From a virus: a DNA stretch of 64,000 bases. The notes beneath the pieces were generated by a model, which worked only from the letters and a program-made list of their open reading frames with translations, was not told where the DNA came from and searched no databases. Of this stretch, positions 57,905 to 64,000 are shown piece by piece. The DNA lies in the IMG/VR virus record IMGVR_UViG_3300030098_006058, positions 25,109-89,108 of that record; one strand, 5' to 3'. Every line of letters begins with the position of its first letter. Within the stretch, counting starts at the first letter, position 1. Made by a program: the position numbers and the translations under genes.

Positions 57905-59778
57905 TATTTACTCCATTTTTTAGTTATTGTATAATCTACTGTCATATCAAACCCTTTGATAATCATTGCGCCAGCTTCTTTCATTAGCTTGCATTGTAAT
58001 TTAGCCCATTCTTCAGCAAAATCATCTCTTACTTCTACACCTATTTCATCATGTACTTGTGTTACCATATAACATGGTAAATTAAACTTTTTAATGTGTT
58101 CTCTAATAAGAACCATAGCTTGTTTAATCATATCTGCACCAGTACCTTGAATTGGTGTATTCTTAGATGCTCGTTCAATAGCACCCATAGTTTTAAAATC
58201 TTTTTGAGATGTATGTATACCTTTGAACCAATTAGGAAACCATCTAATCCTTCTAAAAGGTTTAAATGTTCTAATATGTCCATTTTCTACACCATATCTA
58301 CCAAGTTTATGTAAGAATGCTTTAATGTTAGGAAATGCACTAAAATATTTATTAATTAATTTAGCAGCTTCATCAACACTAATATTTAGTGTATCAGATA
58401 ATTTAAATTTACTCATACCATAAGCTAAACCAAAATTAATAGTTTTAATCATAGTTCTTAAAGCTATTTTATCACCGGTATGCCATTGTTCGCCAAATAC
58501 TAATTCAGCACAAACAGAATGTAAATCTTCATTATTTTTCCTACAACTAATCCAAACTGGATCTTGAGAACCATAAGCGATAATAGCTAACTCCTGCCCA
58601 CTATAATCAACAGATACAATACTATATCCATCTCTAGAATGAAAGCAATTCCGAAACTGATTCCTCGCTGGAATGTTCTGCATATTAGGCTTACGATCCT
58701 CTTTAGATCCACTAGAAACTCTTCCTGTGTTTAAAACTTGCCAGAAAGAAGTTCTAACCTTACCATCTTTCATCACATATTTAAGAAAAGATTTACCATA
58801 AGTACTCGATATTTTTTGCTTTTCTTTATATCGTAAATACTTGGTAATCAGAGGTTTATCTTTAAACTTAGATAGCTCAAACGCATTCACGTTATCTATT
58901 TTTTTACCTAGGTATGAAGAAATTACTCTTTTTACCTGAAGAGGAGATGACCACTTAACGTCTACTTTACGCAAATCTTCAACTGGAGTAAACATATCTA
59001 ACTGCACATAATCAGCTATAAAATCAGTCAACCTATTAACCACGATTTCATTATCTAATTCATCTTCTAAATCTGTTACTACTACTTCATTTTGTTTTGC
59101 GTTTTCTAACCAAGAACGCTCATCAAAACATAGACCATTATATTCTATGTCAGCAAATGCTAATACAGCTTTACATTCAAGTAAATGAATTCTCATGAGT
59201 CCTAATTTGTCTATTTGTGTTATTTGTTGTTCTCTAATGTTTAATAAGTATTTTACGTCGTCAGCGCCATATACAATTTGCTCAGTACTAAAAGGTTTCC
59301 CTTCTAATCCGATGAACTTATTGCGAATTTCTTTGTTAAGTGATCTCCCCAGATATCTTTGTGTTAAATGATTAAGACTATATCCATATTTATCTTTACC
59401 ACAATTTAATACACATTCAGCTAACATAGTATCATAAACATTTTCTACTTCAATATTATAATTTGATTTAATAAATTTATAATCAAATTTAACATTGTGA
59501 AATATCTTTAATACTTTTTTACTTTCTAATATATTTCTTAATGGTTCTATAGATATATCTCTTGTATCTATCACATATTGAACTTCTTCTGTTCCAATTT
59601 GAAACATTACTATTTTCTTTCGAGTGAAGTCCTTTCCCGAAGTTTCAGTATCAACTCCTAAAACAAGTTGATCTTTCAAATAATCTACACATTCCTCCAT
59701 TGTTGATAATTCAAAATGGGAGGTCTCTGTCCCTGTTATTTGGTTTTGATTTGTTATTAATTTTATCTTGCTCATCAT
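57904..59778 (-). CDS. polA: Family A DNA polymerase with 3'-5' exonuclease
   Basis: DTETSG, HNVKFD, YGADD; TGRVSS, PNMQNIP, DYSGQE, KTINFGLAYG, NTPIQGTGAD, VHDE. Confidence 0.95.
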   Translation of the reverse strand: MMSKIKLITNQNQITGTETSHFELSTMEECVDYLKDQLVLGVDTETSGKDFTRKKIVMFQIGTEEVQYVIDTRDISIEPLRNILESKKVLKIFHNVKFDYKFIKSNYNIEVENVYDTMLAECVLNCGKDKYGYSLNHLTQRYLGRSLNKEIRNKFIGLEGKPFSTEQIVYGADDVKYLLNIREQQITQIDKLGLMRIHLLECKAVLAFADIEYNGLCFDERSWLENAKQNEVVVTDLEDELDNEIVVNRLTDFIADYVQLDMFTPVEDLRKVDVKWSSPLQVKRVISSYLGKKIDNVNAFELSKFKDKPLITKYLRYKEKQKISSTYGKSFLKYVMKDGKVRTSFWQVLNTGRVSSGSKEDRKPNMQNIPARNQFRNCFHSRDGYSIVSVDYSGQELAIIAYGSQDPVWISCRKNNEDLHSVCAELVFGEQWHTGDKIALRTMIKTINFGLAYGMSKFKLSDTLNISVDEAAKLINKYFSAFPNIKAFLHKLGRYGVENGHIRTFKPFRRIRWFPNWFKGIHTSQKDFKTMGAIERASKNTPIQGTGADMIKQAMVLIREHIKKFNLPCYMVTQVHDEIGVEVRDDFAEEWAKLQCKLMKEAGAMIIKGFDMTVDYTITKKWSK

Positions 59779-59974
59779 TTCTAATTTTTAAATCTTCTGC
59801 GTATTTTTCAACGCATGCTAAACATATATTACTTCGTGTACTTATTATAATAGATCCCATACCAACTCGTATAGATTTATTACTCCACACTGCTAAGTGA
59901 AATTTATTTGGAGGTATCTTAGCCTTACACTCCCCGCATTTTCGCCTGCGTAAGGCTTGATCTAATACCCACAT
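59711..59974 (-). CDS. Small Zn-finger protein ending in DLPF
   Basis: CGEC...CLAC; C-terminal RDLPF; overlaps the polA start. Confidence 0.55.
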   Translation of the reverse strand: MWVLDQALRRRKCGECKAKIPPNKFHLAVWSNKSIRVGMGSIIISTRSNICLACVEKYAEDLKIRNDEQDKINNKSKPNNRDRDLPF

Positions 59975-59985
59975 ATTTATTTCGT

Positions 59986-60054
59986 TTAATTTGTAATTTT
60001 ACATAAGATTAAAAATCCTATGATATATAATAATATTAATCCTAATATCTCCAT
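59986..60054 (-). CDS. Candidate 22-aa single-TM peptide
   Basis: MEILGLILLYIIGFLILCKITN*, with an A-rich leader. Confidence 0.35.
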   Translation of the reverse strand: MEILGLILLYIIGFLILCKITN

Positions 60055-60108
60055 CTAAATTTTTTATTATTTAATACTAATCTGCTAATCTGGATTTATT
60101 ATGATTAA

Positions 60109-60233
60109 AATGTTTTAGGATAGCTAGGAGTCAAACCTAGAAATAGGGTTCTATTTCGGATAACTAGCACATCCTCTCAGCATATCTCGATAATATACTA
60201 AACATATCTCAGCCATGTCTATCCTAAAACATT
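60109..60233 (-). ncRNA. tRNA-like structured RNA (aberrant or pseudo-tRNA)
   Basis: 15-bp terminal stem AATGTTTTAGGATAG/CTATCCTAAAACATT; T-arm-like CTAGG-TTTGACT-CCTAG; TGGCTGAG D-like segment; extra hairpins. Confidence 0.5.
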
Positions 60234-60268
60234 AAGATAAATTGGTGCTAAGAATATACAGTATAAGA

Positions 60269-60454
60269 TTATTTTAATGGTCCATGTATTGATTTAATAT
60301 ATGTACCATTTCTACTATCCCATACTACCCTGCCATTTGAATGTAATTTTGTTCTGTCTTTTAATGATTTCATACGCTCTTTGTAGTCTTTTTTAGACTC
60401 ACCTGGTTGACGTTTACCTTTCATATTAATATTATAAAATGCTGATTCACTCAT
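60269..60454 (-). CDS. Small basic hypothetical protein
   Basis: 61 aa, KRQPGESKKDYKER; overlaps the upstream ORF stop. Confidence 0.55.
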   Translation of the reverse strand: MSESAFYNINMKGKRQPGESKKDYKERMKSLKDRTKLHSNGRVVWDSRNGTYIKSIHGPLK

Positions 60455-60699
60455 ATTGTTCCTATTATTAAACAGGTAATAGCAGCTTTTAAACTGGTTA
60501 ATCTATCATCCATAATATTAATATCTTCTTTACTTGCTGTTTCTTTAACACTCTCTCTTAATGCTTCTACTTCAACAAGTTTAGCATCTAATACCTCAAC
60601 AGCATAAGGTAAATGTGTTTTTCTTTTCCTTATATCAGGAGTTAAATTCATAAGATATTCATATTTCTTATGTATTTCTTCATTAATATTTATTTTCAT
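60451..60699 (-). CDS. Small helical hypothetical protein
   Basis: 82-aa ORF with A-rich leader. Confidence 0.55.
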   Translation of the reverse strand: MKININEEIHKKYEYLMNLTPDIRKRKTHLPYAVEVLDAKLVEVEALRESVKETASKEDINIMDDRLTSLKAAITCLIIGTI

Positions 60700-60818
60700 A
60701 ATTATTTAATTTTATTTTAACATTATATTAACATTAGATATGTATATTGTCTTCAATGAAAATAGACATATCTAAATTTATTTACATTATCATGATGATA
60801 ATAGTATTTGCTTTAAGC

Positions 60819-60960
60819 GTATAAGCCTAGTGATACTTTCAATAATAATGGGTTTAACACTCTAGCTCTTTAGCACTGTGTTACATCGTCCGGTGGACTA
60901 CTTTCCCGCGATAAGCTGGCCGGCCTATCTTTATTATCTAATAATATCACTGGCTCATAC
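60819..60960 (-). ncRNA. Multibranch structured RNA
   Basis: 16-bp closing stem GTATGAGCCAGTGATA/TATCACT(A)GGCTTATAC; inner GATAGG/CTTATC, GTCC/GGAC, TAACAC/GTGTTA. Confidence 0.55.
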
Positions 60961-61071
60961 ATAAACAATAGCAAGATCAGAACAGTCCATGGTTATTCTG
61001 CTAATGCGATCCATAATATAATCCCAACTTACATCCCTAATTAAAGAGAAATCTTCCGAAAATATATTAAT

Positions 61072-61250
61072 TAGTTCTATACAGAACTAGAGGACCCATT
61101 AGACCAGCCTAACAACGTGGTGTTATCGTAAATATCCATTCGGATAAATAGGATAATCAGCACTACATGGTGACGTGCTTTACAAGACCCTGTTAATATC
61201 CCTGCTGGGAGTGGTGTATGAGGATTTACTCTCATACCTAATGCAGCCTC
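61072..61250 (-). ncRNA. Nested multibranch structured RNA (about 160-180 nt)
   Basis: GAGG..CATTAG/CTAATG..CCTC, GTATGAG/CTCATAC, CCAGC/GCTGG, TAACAG/TTGTTA, TTGTAAA/TTTACGA, GCAC/GTGC, TATCC/GGATA, trailing TAGTTCT/AGAACTA. Confidence 0.55.
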
Positions 61251-61293
61251 ACGGTTCAACACTTGCTATTATTTATAATGATTTATACAAAAA

Positions 61294-61375
61294 AACTATG
61301 TGAACAGGAAATGGTATTTATTCACACAAAGTATAACAGGTAGTTAATAATTAAATACAACCTGCTCACATAGTT
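61294..61375 (-). ncRNA. Long stem element followed by U-tract
   Basis: AACTATGTGAGCAGG/CCTGTTCACATAGTT (15 bp, one G:U on minus strand), then a T-run. Confidence 0.5.
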
Positions 61376-61380
61376 ATAGG

Positions 61381-61481
61381 ATAGGGATATTATGACCGCA
61401 CAAAAAAGAAGCTGTAGCCAAACAATAAAAGCTAGAACTAAAAACACCGGTTGAGAGCATTACTGTATTCTCTATCCCTAT
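61381..61481 (-). ncRNA. Structured element closed by ATAGGGATA/TATCCCTAT
   Basis: 9-bp perfect closing stem; inner GAGA/TCTC, ACCG/CGGT, TAGC/GCTA. Confidence 0.4.
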
Positions 61482-61495
61482 TATAATTGCCAGCA

Positions 61496-61550
61496 GGGAG
61501 AATTTTGTGTTCAGAACGACCCGGTATGTTCTTATTAACTCATCTCCCCC
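61496..61550 (-). ncRNA. Extended bulged hairpin just 3' of the tmRNA-like RNA
   Basis: GGGAGA/TCTCCC, TGAGTT/AACACA, AGAAC/GTTCT. Confidence 0.45.
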
Positions 61551-61568
61551 TTTTAAACTCTGGACTTG

Positions 61569-61642
61569 TGGAGGTGGCCGGAATCGAACCGACGTTCTTA
61601 AGCAGTATTCATCATACTGCGAAAGCAAACCACTGCACCCCC
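61569..61642 (-). ncRNA. Minimal tmRNA-like (tRNA-like-domain-only) RNA with alanine identity
   Basis: GGGGGTG-CAGTGGTTTGCTTTC-GCAGTAT-GATGA-ATACTGC-TTAAGAAC-GTCGG-TTCGATT-CCGGC-CACCTCC-A: G3:U70, A73, canonical T-arm, no canonical D-stem or anticodon loop. Confidence 0.65.
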
Positions 61643-61838
61643 ATGTGGTAAAACGAATAATTGTTGTAGCACCTTCTATTATTAATTTAATTAACTTAAA
61701 CTGTCTTACCACTTGATTTTTTCATACCAATAATACCATTCTAATTCATTTTTCCGCTTCATAGATTGTATTTGTTGATAAATAGCAAAGTCTAGTGCTT
61801 TTCTTTTGCTATATAGTCTTATTATCCAATAAAGTATT

Positions 61839-62120
61839 TTAGATGTCTTCATACTTATTTAATGTACAAAACATGCCAATACCTCTTGCATATTCTCCTT
61901 TTATTACTTCAGTTAATTTAAATAGAGTTATACCTACTATTACTGAGAAATAAAGGATTATTAAGTCAAATATGACTATTTTTGCTATTCCTACATCCAT
62001 TACATAATAAGGTAATAGAAACATAAAGAATAGACTTGCTAATATGAATACTACTTTTAATAAGCATTCAACCCAAAATAACATTAGTTTTTTCATTTTT
62101 TTTCTTTTTAAATTAAACAT
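61839..62120 (-). CDS. Small two-TM membrane protein
   Basis: Two long hydrophobic segments. Confidence 0.5.
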   Translation of the reverse strand: MFNLKRKKMKKLMLFWVECLLKVVFILASLFFMFLLPYYVMDVGIAKIVIFDLIILYFSVIVGITLFKLTEVIKGEYARGIGMFCTLNKYEDI

Positions 62121-62144
62121 TTAACTTGATTCTTATTTTAAAAA

Positions 62145-62172
62145 TGAACAGTTTGTCTTCATGTTCAGGAAT
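62145..62172 (-). repeat. Intergenic mini-pseudoknot motif, copy 1
   Basis: ATTCCTGAACATGAAGACAAACTGTTCA. Confidence 0.6.
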
Positions 62173-62177
62173 AGATA

Positions 62178-62486
62178 TTAAAAATAAGGATTATATCCTT
62201 CATTCTCTAAATCTTCTAGATCAGGATGATAATCTGCTTTACTTTTTAACCATTCATACATTTCTTTCTTCAGTAAATCTACTGAATATGTACCGTAAAG
62301 TAATATCATCTCTAATTGTTCAAGATTTCTTTCACGGTCAGCATAAACAGCCATAAAGTCTAGATTATGTACCTTTCTAATCATTAACAATATGTTTTGT
62401 AAATGATTATCATCTAAATCTGTGATAAGAATATTCTTACCTTGTTGTGTCTTCCAGTATACTGGAAAGTTAAGTTCTTTTTGCAT
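62178..62486 (-). CDS. Hypothetical phage early protein
   Basis: WKTQQGKNILITDLDDNHLQNI, a pattern common in small phage proteins. Confidence 0.6.
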   Translation of the reverse strand: MQKELNFPVYWKTQQGKNILITDLDDNHLQNILLMIRKVHNLDFMAVYADRERNLEQLEMILLYGTYSVDLLKKEMYEWLKSKADYHPDLEDLENEGYNPYF

Positions 62487-62542
62487 ATTAATGTCTTTTA
62501 ATGTTCATAATTATTGATTTATACAGTTTACTCTGTTAAATT

Positions 62543-62570
62543 TGAACAGTTTAATATCATGTTCAGGATA
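62543..62570 (-). repeat. Intergenic mini-pseudoknot motif, copy 2
   Basis: TATCCTGAACATGATATTAAACTGTTCA. Confidence 0.6.
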
Positions 62571-62588
62571 CAATTAGTCAGCTATGAC

Positions 62589-63293
62589 TTACAATTTAGG
62601 TAGAGTATCTACAGGTTTAATTTCACCAGTTACTGTATTCACTACTTCTTTTGAACTAACAATCTTGTTTAAAGGATTGTATTCAATATCATCTTCAGTA
62701 GCTTCAGCAATCATATTGTGAGTCCAATCATCTACATTTTCAAACTCATCAGTTTCTGCATTATAAGTTGCAGCAGCTAATTCAGTTTTACTAAATATAT
62801 GAGATAACTCACCATTATTATTACCATAGATGAAATCACCATCTCTTCCTTTCTTTTTAGCAGATTTATCTAAGTTAGCTAAATCCCACTCATCTCCTTC
62901 AAATGTCTCATTGATTCTAATTCTCAAGAACAACTCTTGACCTAGATGATTAATTGATGGGTTTTCAACACCTAAGAACATAGGTTCTCCACCAATCTCC
63001 AAAGCATTTAGAGTTTCTTCAGTTAAATGTTTAGGAAACATATTCAGAAGTTCTGTTGCTTTGATGAGACTAAATACTCTTCTTGCACCTCTATTATTAA
63101 ATCTTGGGTCAGATGCATTTAAAATACCCAACATATTAGTCATTCTTTGACCAGTATTAACTCTTTCAGCTACTTCTAGTTGAAAGTTATCAATAGTTGG
63201 ATCATTAGAGTTGACCTTTCGTACAGTTAATGCTGCACACACACCTTCTTTAAGGTTCTTTATGAAATTATCAATTTGTTGTTGTAAATCCAT
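62589..63293 (-). CDS. Hypothetical acidic protein
   Basis: 234-aa ORF with phage-typical codon usage. Confidence 0.65.
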   Translation of the reverse strand: MDLQQQIDNFIKNLKEGVCAALTVRKVNSNDPTIDNFQLEVAERVNTGQRMTNMLGILNASDPRFNNRGARRVFSLIKATELLNMFPKHLTEETLNALEIGGEPMFLGVENPSINHLGQELFLRIRINETFEGDEWDLANLDKSAKKKGRDGDFIYGNNNGELSHIFSKTELAAATYNAETDEFENVDDWTHNMIAEATEDDIEYNPLNKIVSSKEVVNTVTGEIKPVDTLPKL

Positions 63294-63653
63294 GTCTTTA
63301 TATGATACTTATGTTTATTCTCCGCTTATCAATTTTCAGAGTCTAATGACAACTTTAGCTATATATATATTAATATATACTATTATTATCGTGGTTAAAA
63401 TAGGTTAAAAAATGGTATATGAGAGTATTAACTGTCTTTGAGTATACTTTTATTTTCATAATGATGCTACACTCTATAGTTGGAATTGTTTTAATGTGAT
63501 TAAAAGGAATATAATTCAAATATAAAAAAAGAATTAGTTAATACTCTATACCTACATTTAGTAAAGGTTCTTGATCTAGTGTTTTGTGAAGAAGACTATC
63601 AAATGCATATTCATATGAGGGTAATTTAATAGTCTTCAACTCCAACCAAGAGT

Positions 63654-63878
63654 TTATTTTTTAATATAATTATTTATTTTATTCATGTCAGCATAAATCA
63701 TAATCCTTTTATGTCCATCCCAAGTACAGCTTCTTTCTAATTTATCTGTTGTTGGATTGTATTGTTTAGGGTAATGTATTAGTCCCATAAATTGATGACC
63801 AAATAATGTTGGTTCTCCAAATATTTCATGAATCAGGTCCATTTCAGATTCTAATGCGTTTATCCATTGTTTATTCAT
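63654..63878 (-). CDS. Hypothetical protein
   Basis: 74-aa ORF with A-rich leader. Confidence 0.5.
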   Translation of the reverse strand: MNKQWINALESEMDLIHEIFGEPTLFGHQFMGLIHYPKQYNPTTDKLERSCTWDGHKRIMIYADMNKINNYIKK

Positions 63879-63918
63879 AGCTAGTTAATTTTAAATTTAT
63901 TACTGTTTCTAGGCTTAT

Positions 63919-63970
63919 AAAAAGAAAAGGAGAGGAGGATCCACCCCCAAGGTTTCATTATACCTCTCCC
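63919..63970 (-). terminator. Terminator-like stem with large loop
   Basis: GGAGAGG...CCTCTCC followed by TTTTCTTTT on the minus strand. Confidence 0.45.
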
Positions 63971-64000
63971 AATCTCTTCAATACCGTGAAAAAAATGTAA

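Noticed and set aside
53902-59778. Inteins or group I introns in PolA and helicases
   Set aside because: Proteins are of normal length with contiguous motifs and no splicing or homing-endonuclease signature.
60819-60960. SAM-I or SAM-II riboswitch
   Set aside because: Only short word matches (CTTATC, GTGCTAAA); core elements are missing and no related metabolic gene follows.
61569-61642. Ordinary tRNA-His(ATG) or tRNA-Ala
   Set aside because: No canonical D-stem, the anticodon loop lacks U33, and the acceptor identity (Ala) conflicts with the apparent anticodon.
61077-61716. ORFs 61077-61262, 61374-61712 and 61507-61716 as proteins
   Set aside because: They overlap strongly structured, tRNA-like sequence and have atypical composition; probably spurious.
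62145-62570. CRISPR mini-array or hammerhead ribozyme
   Set aside because: Only two copies, about 400 nt apart and separated by a gene; no CUGANGA/GAAA core with three stems; no cas genes.
1-64000. Stop-codon reassignment (TAG or TGA recoding, known in some crAss clades)
   Set aside because: Very long ORFs are intact in the standard code, TAG and TGA end plausible genes (for example 12591, 45545, 14902), and no suppressor tRNA was seen.

Overview
About 64 kb of an AT-rich crAss-like phage (Crassvirales-type). A Bacteroidota host is suggested by three TTTG-N19/20-TAnnTTTG-type promoters, and the standard genetic code fits. Plus strand (1-45.5 kb): a >3250-aa Cys-rich modular protein truncated by the window edge, small tail and lysis genes, a NUMOD1-metallophosphoesterase, the crAss block (ring protein, IHF-like, tail tubular, tail stabilisation/muzzle) and three giant virion cargo genes. 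One cargo protein has a split M15 peptidase; another is a 5711-aa protein with a DFDID RNA polymerase core and a PD-(D/E)XK domain. Minus strand (45.5-64 kb): exonuclease, RusA-like resolvase, rIIB/rIIA, primase, SSB, Sak4-like ATPase, DnaB, SF2 helicase, DUF932, PolA and small early genes. The most unusual region is a minus-strand cluster of structured non-coding elements at about 60.1-61.65 kb. It is led by a 74-nt RNA resembling the tRNA-like domain of tmRNA (G3:U70, no D-stem) with no mRNA-like domain. Also notable: a twice-repeated covarying mini-pseudoknot, a candidate overprinted 43-aa ORF in the RNAP gene, and nested plug-in domains in the giant Cys-rich protein. All calls are by-eye motif recognition and manual folding; no searches were run.
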